Assembly: GCA_951406725.2 (NCBI GenBank)
Contig: OX597815.1
Location: forward strand, 139,128,001-139,192,000
Length of the DNA: 64,000 nt
DNA from: Octopus vulgaris
Lineage: Eukaryota
Reading direction: 5' to 3'
A program made the translations under genes and the position numbers. A model generated the notes under the pieces. That model was not told the DNA's origin. It did not search any database and worked only from the letters and a program-made list of their open reading frames with translations. The stretch's first letter is position 1, and each line of letters starts with the position of its first letter. Positions 26,928 to 42,270 of the stretch are shown here, in pieces.

Positions 26928-29900
26928 TCTATAGATGGATACATATACGTGTGTCTGTGTGTATGAAGATGTGTATGTAATCGCCTTCGTGTTTATGTAA
27001 TCGTTTAAATTGAGTTAAGAGCAGAATCAAGATGGGAACGTTGACGCATATTTACATATGAGTGTTGTTGAACAAAACCTCAAAATATATCGCCATTGAC
27101 GAACGATGCTTCAATCTCCATTGCATTTGTTAGAAATATTTCTGAAAGAAATCGTAATGAATATTGGGGCAGTGCTGCGATCAATCATTTAACATAGTAA
27201 ACACTTTGGTAGTCTTAGAATATCGGTAATCTATTAAACGGAATATATTTTATACTTTACCATAGAGATGTGAACGTTTTAACATATGAACTTTTCAACA
27301 GGAAGAATTATCACATTAATTGTAAAGTAAATAGAATTTGTTGAGATTAAATCGATAAATTCATCAGTCAATTTGCTAACAATAAAGAAGCTGAAAACGA
27401 CGGTATCGCCTCGGAAATGTGAAAGGGAGTTACTTTTCTAGCTCACAATGAAAATAACTCTGTTATGAATTGTTAGGCTCCTTTTCTGCTAGTGTTGATA
27501 AAATAAGTATTCGTTCAATACTGATATCGATGTAATCGACTATATGTTTTCCAAAAGTACTCTAGTTAGAAATCCATTGGAAAAAAAACTTATTCGAAAC
27601 CGGTCGTTAAATATTAATTTTTTATATAACATACTTCTGGAAATGAAAATCAAGATCCGCTTTGATCAATAACAGTTTCAACTATCACGTAACGAAGCAC
27701 ACGGAAATACAACCTCTGACTGACAGAAATTGTGGGAAAAATCTAAGTTGGAAACAACGTAGGAAGTGAAAAATTATCGATTTACTAACGAGAATGGCGT
27801 AAAAAGAATTAGCTGGAGTCAAAGCGACATTAGAAAATATTGTATCTTATGTCTCTCCAGGCAATGTTTGGAACATGTAAGACAGACACCGAACATATGA
27901 AAATGTAAGGTTCCGGTGGAAAAAGAAACAGAAGATGCCATCACTACATAAGCCAAGGAAATTATTTAATCTCAGTTTGAGTAGGTATGAATGGGGATTG
28001 TTTTAATATGAAGAGGAAAGAACTCTTGTACGCTACGAGACATGAAGCGAAATTTTTATCAATCAATGCGCAATTTTTCTAGCTCACAATAAAAACAATT
28101 TTGTGACCATGTCAAGTAAGTAACACCAAGCACTTTAGCGTCATTTATGCGTCATTTATGTTGTGTCACTTTGAGGCCGTTCACCTAATCATTGATGGGT
28201 TTTTCCCGTGAATCTTGTTGCTTATTTCAACCGTTCAAATCTCACAATCAAATAAGTCGAGAGGTTTGCGAAGAAGATGACACCAATAAGACATATGAAA
28301 ACTATCTGACGTCCTGGTGGGGTTAGTTAATATGTCATACTAAGTGTAGAAATAAGGAACGGCAATGTACAAATGGCACTTCCCTGAAGGTCTACATGTA
28401 CCTAAAAGTATTATCAATGTAAGAGTTAGATCAAAACAACTGATCGCCAGTGGTATGGAGACTACACAACTCTCGTACATGCTTGATAGCATACAAATAA
28501 ATCTGTTTTCCTATCTAGTTTCCTTATCCAGACATATGTGGAAACATAACTAACTCTTGAACACCGTTATTCAATACACTAGAACAGTTCTATATTATCA
28601 ACATTATTATCATCGCCGTCATCATTGTGGTCATCGTTGTCGTCGTTTTTATCATCCTCATCCTCAGTACTGGATCACCATATGCGTGGACATACCGGTA
28701 ATAAGTGTTTTCCACAGAATAAAACTGATGGAAAATGCAGGTCTAATTTTTTATTTATAGGACCGAGAACCTAAATCGGCGCACCTAACGTCTTAAGAAT
28801 GTCAAGTAAAGGAAATCACAAGAGATAATTTGAAAAATCAATAAAACTAGGGAACATATGTCATCCGACGCGTGATACACATACGTTTCTTAAAGATGTT
28901 GCCAATTTACTTCAAACCATACAGTAAAATCGCAGGGAGCTAAACTTTCAAATGATTTCAATATATTGCAGGTTGTGATAGCAACAAATTTGTGGGAAAA
29001 TATTTTATGGCTCTACTACACAATAATGTATGTTCCAAAACAAAGTAACCTGTCCGCTTCTCACCATCATTTTCCCTACTTTGGGAATTTTGTTTAAACA
29101 TTTTTCTGATCTTCCACTCTATATTGCATCTGTTATGAACTGATGAAACCTGATCAAATAAAAAGTGTGTACCTATTTCAGAAATAACTGGATTTTAACA
29201 ATTACAACCAAAGAGAGCAAAACACCAAAGGAGTGACTATGTAAATATTGCATGTTAACTCTCAGCTGTAACAAATATTTTTACAAAAATATTTAACGCA
29301 CTCAACTCCTGTTAAGTTTAATAAATCTAAACGCAAAAAGAACCCTGGGAAATCAATGTAATTTTTTATTTCTGTGATAAAATGGAGTGATTGCATATCT
29401 ATATCTATGGGACTGTTGAAGACTGACAATGTAAAGGAACAAAATAACCAATATCTTTAAAAACAAGTCTACATTCTTACATTCCATTTGTTAGAAAATA
29501 TATGCGATATAAAGTATTTAGCATATTTTCTCCAAGATAAATATTATATGACGGAAGTAAAGCAAGGTGGACCCTCGACGATGCCTTAAATAGGAAATTG
29601 AAACCAAATTTTCTGGATTTTTTCCGTGTGCTTCGTTACGTGATAGTTGATACTGTTATTAATCAAAACGGATCTTGATTTTCATTGGCGGAATTATGTT
29701 ATATAAAAAATTAATATTTAACGACCGATTTCGAATGAGTTTTTTTTTTCAATGGATTTCTAATAAGAGCATTTTGGGAAAACATATAGTCGATTACATC
29801 GATATCAGTATTGAACGAATACTTATTTTATCAACACTAGCAGAAAAGGAGCCTAACAATTCATTTGTTACTTAATTGACATGGTCACAGAGTTATTTTC

Positions 29901-30428
29901 ATTGTGAGCTAGAAAAGTAACTCCCTTTCACATTTCCGAGATGATACCGTCGTTTTCAGCTTCTTTATTGTTAGCAAATTGACTGATGACTTTATCGATT
30001 TAATCTCAACAAATTCTATTTACTTTACAATTAATGTGATAATTCTTCCTGCTGAAAAGTTCATATGTTAAAACGTTCACATCTCTATGGTTAAAGTATA
30101 AAATATATTCCGTTTAATAGATTACCGATATTCTAAGACAACCAACGTGTTTACTATGTAAAATGATTGATCGCAGCACTGCCCCAATATTCATTACGTT
30201 TTCTTTCAGAAATATTTCTAACAAATGCAATGGAGATTGAAGCATCGTTCGTCAATGGCGAAATATTTTGAGGTTTTGTTCAACAACACCCATATGTAAA
30301 TATGCGTCAACGCTCCCATCTTGATTCTGCTCTTAACTCATCTTAAATGATTACATAAACATGAAAGCGATTACATACACATCTTCATACACACAGACAC
30401 ACACACACGTATATGTATCCATCTATAG
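26928..30428. repeat. large inverted duplication: arms 26928-27707 and 29621-30428, spacer ~1.9 kb
   Basis: The arms are reverse complements with scattered substitutions and small indels. Confidence 0.92.
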
Positions 30429-32449
30429 ACAATGTGCGTGTGTTTGTATGTGTATATATGTGTGTGTGTGTGCGTGTGTGTGTGTGTGTGTGTGTTTGTG
30501 TGTGTAATACATTTATGCTTCTTTATGTAAAATAACAATTGAAAGAGAGTGAAAGAAGGAGAAAGAGAGAGAGAGAAATTGCATTAATTCACAATTTTAT
30601 TATTTCTTAAATTTAAGAAAATATTGCCTGAAAATAATATCAAAAGAAATGTGAAGGAAAGATAATTTGTTTATAAATGAATTTAAAAATTGTTCGGCAA
30701 ATGCATTTTATGAAATCGATAAGAATCTAAAATTGACGACCAACATACTGCAGCACTTTGCTATCCTTAAAATATGCAATACTTCTGACATCGAATAACT
30801 AACGTGTTTTGATATTATCACAACCTGCTGTAGGCGAAACACAGAACGTGTATATCAGTGTTAATATCTTGTTTATGATAATATACAGGGTATATTGTTT
30901 CGTAGCTGAAATAATATTCCCGTTTTTCCCTTTTTCATGGAAGAGTTATGAAACATTAAGCGTAAAAAGAATTATAGAATTTTGTTTTTCTGTATGAAGG
31001 AAGTGCATGTGATCTTCTTTATCGTTTCATTCTTAGCGATTACAATCAAAATAGGTGAGGATTTTTTCTGAAATTCACACGTATCTGAGTTGTTTGATGC
31101 CACATTAGGATTTAATAATGCAGCGTGAAAAAGAGAGGGTATGGCGATAATGATATGCTCTGAAGTTGATGTTAATGTTTTGTTTTAATCATAATAAACT
31201 ATCAAATATCTCAGCAGCTAAAGATAAATATCGGATTTAAATTTTGGAATCATATCTTATGACGACCGAATACATTTTCTGCATACTGCTGAAAGTTACT
31301 GCAACAAACGAATACTGTGGCGTATGTAAATGATTAAATCTTATCTTTTGAAACACTGTCGTTTCAGAAAAAAATTCTTTATTTCCCCATTGAATCATCT
31401 TACACCAATAAATCGGAAAAATATCGAAGGCTACTGATTACAAACTTTTATAAGATATACCATAAAATATCATGTCTCTTTGATACTCCTTTTTAGATCA
31501 ATCAGTCTAGACTGATCTTTATCTTTGAGTTAATAGGTAGTAAGTTTCTTACATCAAAGGAAAATGAAATAGCCAAATTAACACACGGAGAGTGAAAAAG
31601 TGAGAAATATGGGGAGAGAAAAGAGAGAGAATTAATTTAGAAAAGGAAGAGAGAAAGAGTGGCAAATTTTTTATTTTCCTTTCCAAATTAATCGTATAAT
31701 CTATCATTATATCCGATTTAATGATCTTTCTTTTTAATGATCTTTCTTTTCTTTTCTTTTCTCGGCGATTTGAAATTTTCCGGATCTTCCGAAATCATGT
31801 TTCTCTCTTTACATGTGCATCACTTTGGGTTTAGTAAATTTAAGAAGTGCATGATCTACATACCGTCGTCTATCGTATGGGTTCACACGTTATTATTAGG
31901 TTTCGTTAAAAACAATTTTAAGACACTGTATTTTATCTTGCTTACCGATATCAGCTGAAATAAACTAAAGTTCCTCCCGCCTCGATGCAATCGCTTTAAG
32001 TATGCTTTATAGCAGATAGAACAGAGACATGGACGCGACACATACGAAAATTCTTTAGCGTTTTACTGCCTCAAACCATATATTTTTCTCAAGAAGTTTT
32101 TGTCCTCCACCCCACCCCCACTCACCATTCAAATGATGAAAAACATTGAGGATGGATCTCCTTTGCAAAATATGAACAATCTATCTCTGATGGCTCTTCA
32201 CAGTGATTTCGTTTTATAAATCAATAAAAGCCAGAAGGAAAGCTGATAACTTTTCAAGCCTCCTCAGTGGTGAGATTTTACAGCTGATATTCAGCTTGAA
32301 CATCTGTGGATTATGTAGAAATTGTACTTGTGTAGCAAGCGGCTTCAAGAGGCCATATATGGAAACTAAAACACCGGAAAAGTATAGGAGTCAATTTAGC
32401 CATTTAAAAAGAAATGAAAAACAATAATATTCACTTTTAGTTTACTTCT

Positions 32450-32840
32450 TGAGCTGGCAGAATCGTTAGCGTGCCGGGCGAAATGCTTAGCAGTATTTCG
32501 TCTGTCTTTACGTTCTGAGTTCAAATTCCGCCGCGGACAGCTTTGCCTTTCAACCTTTCGGGGTCGATAAATTAAGTACCAGTTACGCACTGGGGTCGAT
32601 GTAACCGACTTAATCCCTTTGTCTGTCCTTGTTTGTCCTCTCTGTGTTTAGCCCCTTGTGGGTAGTAAAGAAATAGGTATTTCGTCTATCTTTACGTTCT
32701 GAGTTAAATTTCAGCCGAGGTCAACTTTGCTTTTCAACATTTCGGGGCGATAAATTAAATACCAGTTGCGTACTGAGTTTGATCTAATCGACCGGCTCCC
32801 TCTCCAAAAATTTCGGGCCTTGTGCCGAGAGTAGAAAATA
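32450..32840 (+). mobile_element. SINE family A with internal tandem duplication
   Basis: Same dimeric structure and linker (tccctttgtctgtccttgtttgtcctctctgtgtttagccccttgtgggtagtaaagaaatagg) as the copies at 22217-22615 and 51885-52110. Confidence 0.85.
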
Positions 32841-32869
32841 ATATCTATGTCACTCTTCTACAACTGAAC

Positions 32870-33228
32870 ACTGATTGTTTTGGGGGAGGAAGCTAGTCTA
32901 TTATTCTGAGTCCAATGCTCGACTGCTTCCCATCTTATCGACTCCGCGGTATTTGAACGAGCGAAATGCCGCCAAGGATTTTGTCTGGCGGGCTAACGAT
33001 TCTGCTTGCTCGCCATCCTTTCCATTATAGGCGAAGCACCTGAAATGTTTTTCTTATGAAAATGGGTTAGTTAATTACTTTGATTCCAATGCATAACTGC
33101 TACTTAATATATCAACCTCGATAGGACGAAAGGCAATGTCGACCTCGTTGGAATTTGAATTCTGAATGTAAAGACGGGCAAATGCCGCTAAGCATTATAC
33201 ATGGCGTGCTACGGTTTCTGCCGGCATA
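32870..33228 (-). mobile_element. two decayed SINE family A copies
   Basis: Diverged matches to the family A reverse complement. Confidence 0.65.
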
Positions 33229-33235
33229 CTACCCA

Positions 33236-33248
33236 AATAATAGTAATG

Positions 33249-33321
<73 letters not shown>

Positions 33322-33350
33322 TAATAGTAATAAAAATAGTAATAATAATA

Positions 33351-33429
<79 letters not shown>

Positions 33430-33532
33430 TAATAGGATGATACCGTAGGCAACATGCAGGAAGCCCGCTATGTATTCATGACTCCAGGAGTTCCAACAAA
33501 ACCTGTGATACAAAGAACTACTACTACTGCTG

Positions 33533-33612
<80 letters not shown>
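33236..33612. repeat. (TAA)n/(CTA)n microsatellites with a short unique insert
   Basis: Directly visible. Confidence 0.9.
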
Positions 33613-33613
<1 letters not shown>

Positions 33614-33819
33614 GTCCGGTTCCAATGTCTTGGTCAGGTGGTCAGGTGATCGCACTGAATCATTGCATCCCACAGGATTTTGTTATTCTCAGTGATTCAT
33701 TGACTATTATCAGTGGCTCCTGGGGTGTGCTCATACTACGTTTTTTGTTCCTTGTAGGCCGTGATTTTCACAGACCGCCCAATGAATCGTTCTTGCCATA
33801 TTGTCATGACGTCTTTTGA
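33613..33819 (-). mobile_element. R4/Dong RLE-region fragment, inverted
   Basis: Minus-strand KRRHDNMARTIHWAVCENHGL...YEHTP...ENNKILWDAMIQCDH. Confidence 0.75.
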
Positions 33820-35142
33820 AAAGAGGAAAACTAGTTAAGAGTAGCAACATCACACTAAATGAAGCAAATGAAATAAGAGAATTAGAGCAAATCCAGACAT
33901 ACAAATACTTAGGAATTAGTGAGCGAGATACGATATAACACACACAAATGAAAGAGAAGACAAGAAAGGAATACTATAGTCGAGTTAGATTAATACTGTA
34001 AACAGATTCAGTGCGAAAAAGAAGATATGTGTCAATGTTCTAGCCGTCCCAGTTATAAATTACAGCTACAATATTCGTAACTAGAGTCTAAATGAACTAA
34101 TCAAAATAGACAGGAAAGCAAGAAAAATAATGACAAAGTTTAGGATGTATCACCAAAAGCTGACATAGGAAGGCAATATACATAACGTATCGAATGTGGT
34201 AAAGGCATGCCTTATACAGCTAGAAAGCTATTAAAAAATAACCACTATAAGACTACAGAAATACCTACTTCAGAAGTAAGGAAACAAATACAAATATCCA
34301 CATAACACGAACAAAACAAAAAGATAGTCATAGTACCTAACAACTATGAAGAAAAATAAGAAACAACAAAAGCCGTAAAACAACTGAAATCCAAACTAAA
34401 ACTGAAACAGCAACGGATCATGGTAAAACGATGGCAAGAAAAGCCTCTTCATGACAAATATTGTGTTAAATCAAACGGAAAAGAAATAGAGAAAGCAAAA
34501 TCCCAACAATGGCTCGGAAGCTCAGGACTCAAATCAGAAACTGGACGATTTTTAATTGCAGCACAAGATCAAAGCCTTCCCTCCAGAAATCACCAAAAAC
34601 ATGTAATGAAAAGAAACACAAGTAAATGCAGAATATGTGGAGATGGACAAGAAATAATAAATCATATTGTTTGTGGCTGCCCAGTCCTGGCTAAAAAGGA
34701 ATATATTCACAAAAACAACAGAGTTAGGAGCTATATACACTGGAAGCTATACCAACACTTTGGAATAACAACAAGAAAAAGATGATATAAGCACACGCCA
34801 GAAATGGTCGGGAAATGAGAAACCAACCATACTCTTGGATACACACAAAGAAATTAAGGCCAATATGTTGGATATAGTTACCAGAGATCACCAAGAAAAA
34901 ATGCTTTCTAATCGATCTATCAGTTCCAACATATCACAATGTTTCTCTAACAGAAATGGAGAAACTTTCCAAATACAAAGATCTGGAAATAGAGTTAACT
35001 CGAATGTGGGGCCTAAAAACAGAAACAATGTCTATCGCAGTAGGCGCATTAGGTGTAATAAAAAAAACATTCAGACAAATACGTAACAAAAACACCAGGA
35101 TATACAAGTATATATAACATACAGAAAATAGCACTACTAGGC
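33819..35142 (+). mobile_element. 5'-truncated decayed R4/Dong-type LINE
   Basis: YKYLGI, GLKSETGRFLIAAQDQSL, CCHC knuckle CRICGDGQEIINHIVCGC, KYKDLEIELTRMWGLK and VGALG; many stops and frameshifts. Confidence 0.88.
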
Positions 35143-36092
35143 ATCACAACAAACCAGTTTCGACCTACATCAAGTACTCTTCAAATTCGACCTCCATTAC
35201 ACCTTCAACCAGAGACTACAACTTCAATTTACATCTAATCCACAACCTAAACCTACACAAATTCATGATACCACAGTATATCACTATTTTAACTTATATC
35301 ATAAACATAATGTCTCACCATCTTCAATATACACTGCAAGTTAAAGGTACACAATATTGTCTGCCTACACTATCTACACCTCAACTTTAATCAGGAATTT
35401 CGCTATTTCAGGCTACATTTGTTAGGGAATACATGTAGGGGTTACGTATTAAATCTATCACTAACTCCGAAAGAGTGTAGGATGGTTGAAACTGCTCATG
35501 AGCCCTGGAGGGGATATTTTCTTCCCTAAGAGTATTGGTGACATTATTAATATTTCCTTCAGTATTATGGAAAGTCATTGTATGTGTAAATACTCTAAAG
35601 AGTGTTTTAAAGATATTTTTAAAGATATGCAATGAGTTATTTTTCGAAATAGAATGGCTCAATTTATTGTGCAAACTTAGCAAATCGTATGTTTTATAAA
35701 CGCCATTTTGAGAGTTTTGAAGAACAAACACATTAATCGGAACCACACCAGATATTTCTCTTTAGCATTTCAAGAGAATGTGCAAGCAAGTTGTTTATCG
35801 CTTCTTTATTGGATATCAATGTCTCTGTAGTTTTAGGTGACGATTTCACCCCCACTCATATTATTGTCATCTGTTTTCATCTACGTGGAATTGGAATACA
35901 TTTTACCTCAAGTAGATACTTGGCACTGAGGTTAATGGAAACAAAATGTGATGTATCTAGTAGCTCGTTAACTCAGCCAGCCATAGAGACAGTGTTGATT
36001 TCCATCAGCTTCTATTTCAATTATTTATATACACACCTACGAGCACCTCACATTCACACATTACATACATACACACAAATCCACACACATAC

Positions 36093-36123
<31 letters not shown>

Positions 36124-36486
36124 TTGTCTTACATGTAAGTTTAAACACATTGGCATAATTATTTGCGTGTATGAGTGTATGTATTAATTAACCATATAAA
36201 TATCACACGGTATACATATTTATGTATACTATATCATACGGAGTTTTTACTCTAGCTATTAATATGAGGCCATCAACCTTGTGCTAAAAATTACGTCAAT
36301 AAATATGCTAGTTACTATGTTGTTTACATTTATTATAAATAGTTTTTGCTCTACTCTTTAACAATTTAGTAGGCCAGGGTAAGCGATCTCTTTTGAAAAT
36401 GATCAGAGATAAAACTAGTCAGTTTGACCCTCATACCAAGCTGCTCGTAAAACGTTTATATGTGTGTTTGTGTGTATGTGTGTGTG

Positions 36487-36541
<55 letters not shown>

Positions 36542-37929
36542 CATTTTTTATGACATTAGAGCAGCTTGGTATGAGGGAATCGAATCGTCACACACACACG
36601 CACACATATATATGGACACACAAACGCATACACATAATATACTGATTGTTGCTGCTATGTTCAGCAAAATAATGCACTCAATACTTTTGATAGTTATTTA
36701 TATTCTAAATACAGTATCTTATTTGCACATAGTATTCAGTTTTTATACTAGTATATTTTCGTTTTTCCATGAAACTTGAGTAGCTTGTTACATGTGAGAA
36801 TCTGTGTGTAACATAACAACATACAGTGGTACGTGTTTTCCATGCCTATGTGTATTTATGGGTTTATATTTATTCATCTATGTGCATGTGTAAGCGTGCT
36901 GGATGTTATTTATATAAAACATTAAAATAGTGGATAAAAACAAAGCAAAATTTAATGCTAAAACAGAGGTTGAAAAGTGACTGAGATATAGAGATTCAAT
37001 TTAACAGAAAAAGTACAAGGTAAAAGAGTGTAATTTGTAGGTGAGCATATTTTATTTTATTCAAAGATTGTCAGCCAAATGGACTGTCTCCAATTGACTG
37101 TGCAAATGTAGAACAATCTATTAAAGAAGCGGTTTTATTAACTCAACCTCTGACATTTCATATGCAACGTGAGCGAGAGATTGCTTATATTCATAATTAT
37201 TAATCATCTAATCAAATTAAATACACAGACTAATCAGTCCATTTCATATGATAATTAAATTAACCTCACTGTTGTAAGGACCGCTTTCATATTAATGTGA
37301 GAAGTAATTACAACTAGCTTTGTAACAGTTAAATGTTTCAGCAAAATTCGTAACGAATTCTTGGAGTTATTATAGATATTTTATCATTAAATTTCGAAAG
37401 TAAATGGAGTCAGTCAGTCAGTCTTACTGCATAAACTGTTATAGATCTTTCGGATGTCTTTACTGTTGTATATTGTAAGAATCCCTGTGCCGTGCAGTAA
37501 ATACCTATAATATACAGTAGAATTATTGGTAGCATTTTAAAGCAACTTTTGTTCGTGTCAAAATAATAAAAATACCAATACTAACTAGCTGATGTATCAA
37601 GAATTTACTAGATCTTGGAATAAATAATATTGTTGCTAACATTGTTAACAATATAATAAATCAAGTAGAATTCTAAAGCACATATATGATATCTTAAATA
37701 ATTTCCATTTCCTAAGTTAATCTAAAAACTATTCCTTGCATAAGTAGCCACATCTATGTTTTGTTCTTTTCTTCGATAATTTTAAAATAAATCTCCAGTC
37801 AATGACATCAAACTGATCGATAAATGAAAACATTTGCGTACAATATCACCTCCAAAACAATCGGAATTATTTAAATATAGGTAGATTTGTTCGTGTTTGT
37901 TCCTAGTCTGTTGTAATATATGGTCATAT

Positions 37930-37993
37930 GTGGGCATATGGCATAGTGATTAAGAGCGCAGGCTACTAATCCCAAGATTCCGTGTTCAATTCC

Positions 37994-37996
<3 letters not shown>
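37930..37996 (+). mobile_element. tRNA-derived SINE head (family C)
   Basis: A box tggcatagtga (37939-37949) and B box gttcaattcc (37984-37993); homologous to the minus-strand head at 49421-49497. Confidence 0.75.
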
Positions 37997-38047
<51 letters not shown>

Positions 38048-38054
38048 TGTTGTA

Positions 38055-38668
<614 letters not shown>

Positions 38669-38696
38669 ATAATAATAATAATGATAATAATAATAA

Positions 38697-41600
38697 GAAG
38701 AACAAACTCTCAAAAAGACGATCTACCAGGTGACCAGAACCAGAATACTTCTATCTCTGGATTTGTAGTGACACCACCAAAAACACCACCTAAAGCAAAA
38801 CGTATAAAATGGACCAGAGAGGACTATAGAGATGTGTTGAAAGCTTTTTATACAGCCCAACTAAACCCAAACAATAACCTCAGTGTACAAACATACATCT
38901 CATGGAGAAATTCAGTAGGCAATGACGTACGTAGATATATAGACGCAAATAAATTAAGTAATGTACGCAGAGATATAATTAAAAACAAAAGACTAACTGA
39001 CGCTGAAATTGACAAAATTAGGACACTAATAGCTCATGGTAGACCAAAAGAAAACAGCAACAATGTAGACGAAATAGGTAACAGTAGCACATAAGCCAGT
39101 GTACAAGCGGCAAATCAACTTCCCAATGGGGAAGTTAAACAAAGAATAGCGAAGACGAGAGATTTGAAAAAAGAGGAGAACGTAGACCTTCATCAAGAAA
39201 ACCAAAATAGATATGACATAGAATTTGAGGTGAATAATAGAGAAAAGATTATGGAAGCAAAAGTGGACATTATGAGAGAACTCGGCAAGATTGAGCTCAC
39301 TGACATGGTTAATAGAGAACCGCTACCAAAGTTTTCAAATGGCACAAGAAATAACAACACAATCATGACATATAACGTTGCCCTAGGACAGATCTTAAGA
39401 AATAAGGGGAATGATCTGACAACCTTAAATAATCTCGTCTATTCCACTGCTAAAGTAGTAACTACCCAACTAGGTATTAAGACGACAAAGAAAAAGGCCA
39501 GGCATGTCAATGAACCTCCTAAGTGGAAAGTAGCGATACAAAAAGAGATTGAATCTCTGCGGGCGGATGTTTCAGTTCTCGATGAGCTTGCTAGAGGAGT
39601 GAAAATTAAGTCGAGAAAAGCTAGAAAAATTAAGCAAAAATATAAAATCAAAGATCTCATAAACCTCACAGCAACTAAGGAACTGTTGAAACAACGGATA
39701 CAGTTGAAAGCCCAACGGTTTAGAAGGTATGACAAAAGAAACAAATTTTATCGACAAAATAAATTTTTTAAGATAGATGCAAAGAAATTTTATAGGGAAA
39801 TTGGCAAAAATAAAATACACATAGAAGATCCACCTAAGATTGAGGAAGTGGAGGAGTTCTGGAAGAAGGTATGGAGCAACGAAAAAGAGTTTAATGCTGA
39901 GGCTGACTGGATAGAACGTGAAAAAGAGAGACTGGATGAACTTGAAGGACAGAAATGGGAAGCAATAGGAATAGAGGAGCTAAGGTGTGTCCTTAGGAAG
40001 GCTCATAAATGGAAAACCCCAGGACTGGATCGGATCCCTAACTTCTGGCTGAATTGTTTGACAGAGGTACACGAAAATCTCGCTGCATCTCTGTCTGATG
40101 TCATTCAGAACCCAAAGCAAATACCTGCTTGGCTGACTGAAGGAACCACCTACCTATTACCTAAAACCGAAGACACAAAAAACCCAAAGAATTACCGGCC
40201 AATAACATGTCTCAACACCACCTATAAAATCCTCACATCCATAATAACGGAGAGAATGTACGCCTTCCTTGAACAAAACTCCATCCTTCCACAAGCTCAA
40301 AAAGGTTGTAAAAGAAACTCTTATGGGTGCAAAGACCAATTGCTCATAAACAGAATGATTGTAGAGAATTGCCGGAGCAAAAACAAAAACCTGAGTATGG
40401 CATGGATAGACTACAGGAAAGCGTATGACAGTGTCCCACATAAATGGATACTCAAGGCCCTTGAGATATACAAGATCTCTCCTGTCGTCTCAAAATTCTT
40501 AGAGAATAGCATGACCATGTGGAACACACGTCTCTTTCTAAGCCATAGTAATGGGATGAGCCAGTCCAACAGCATCAACATCAAACGAGGCATCTTTCAA
40601 GGTGACTCCCTCTCTCCATTACTTTTTTGCATGGCACTGATCCCACTCTCAAACGAATTGGATAGTACCAGATATGGGTACAAAGTTTTTAGTTAGTTAA
40701 TAAACCACCTTTTCTATATGGACGACCTAAAGCTGTTTGCCAGGAATGACTAAGAGCTAGAAGGGCTGCTAACAACTGTTAAAGAGTTTAGCAATGATAT
40801 CGGAATGGATTTTGGCCTTGATAAGTGTGCTAAAGCAACTTTTGTAAGAGGCAAGCTCAGGCAAACAGCTTCTGTTAAATTAGATATTGACACTACCATC
40901 AAGGAACTTGACCCACAAGAAAGTTACAAATACCTAGGAATCAACGAAGGAGATGGTATACATCATGCTACTATGAAGGAAAAAATAAGAAAGGAAATAC
41001 TATAGCAGAATAAGGCTTGTACTGAAGACTGAACTCAACTCCAAAAATTGCATTGAGGCCATTAACACCCTGGCACTTCCAGTAGTCCAGTACAGTTTTA
41101 ACATCATTAACTGGAACCTTACGGAACTCCAACGCTTGGACAGGAAGACAAGAAAATTACTGACATCCAAGAGCATGCACCACCCTAAGGCAGATGTAGA
41201 CCGCCTGTACCTACCTAGAAGCAGCGGGGGGAGAGGAATGATGCAATTAGAGCTGTGCTATAAGACCTCTACTGTAGGAATGAACAGGTACCTATCTAGT
41301 ACAAAGGACTGGATGCTGCGACTTGTGTGCGAACACGAAAGCAGCAAAAAGCTGCATTCTATTGTCAAGGAAGCTTATAAGTTCGAAAGGGATCTAGACA
41401 TTAACATTGAATCAGATGAAGAGCCGGAAACCACTGCTACCAAGTAAGCAAAGCGAATCAAGCAGACTGCAAAAAAGAACGGGCAGAATCAAATTGAGAG
41501 GCGGTGGAGCCAGAAGCCCCTGCATGGACAATATATTCTCCGAAGCCAAAATGCTGATGTAGACCAAGCAACAACCCATCAGTGGCTGAAGAGTTCTGGA

Positions 41601-42270
41601 TTGAAAGCAGAGACTGAAGGCTTCATACTGGCAGCACAAGATCAAAGCTTGTTTACCAGAAATTACCAGGCTAACGTTCTCCGAAACGGTACTGACCCTA
41701 AATGCAGATTCTGCGACACATTTGACGAAACAATAGACCATCTCGTTTCGGGATGTCCTGTGCTGACACCAAACGAATACAAAAATCGCCACAATAGGGT
41801 AGGACAGTATATACATTGGAAGATATGTAAACACTACAATTTCGACACTCCTGCTAACTGGTATGAACACCATCCTCAGCCAGTTGTTGAAGGTAAAGAT
41901 GTCACCATCCTCTGGGATTTTCCAGTCAACACTGACAGAACGATCAAGGCTAATCGACCAGACATAATTGTTAAAGACAGGGAAGAAAATACCTGCAGAC
42001 TAATAGAGGTAAGCGTCCCCACTGATAAAAATGTATCTGTAAAGGAATTTGACAAACTTAGTAAATATAAGGACCTGGAAATCGAAATACAAAAGATGTG
42101 GAATCTTAAAACAAAAACTGTTCCTGTTATTGTAGGTGCCCTAGGTATGATAAAAGAGGGATGTCAGAAACACCTAGACAATATCCCTGAAGAACTACGT
42201 CTCAAGGAAATCCAAAAGATTGTGCTAACAAGTACTGCCCACATCCTTAGAAATCCCTATCAATGTAAAT
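38697..42270 (+). pseudogene. RT-RLE polyprotein, disrupted
   Basis: ORF pieces 38681-39094, 39164-40696, 40805-41005, 41136-41447 and 41601-42347. Stops at about 39092, 40694, 40751 and 41445; frameshift at about 40997. Confidence 0.9.

Noticed and set aside
37930-37996. Genuine tRNA gene
   Set aside because: A and B boxes are present but no full cloverleaf or acceptor stem; it is repeated as a SINE head.
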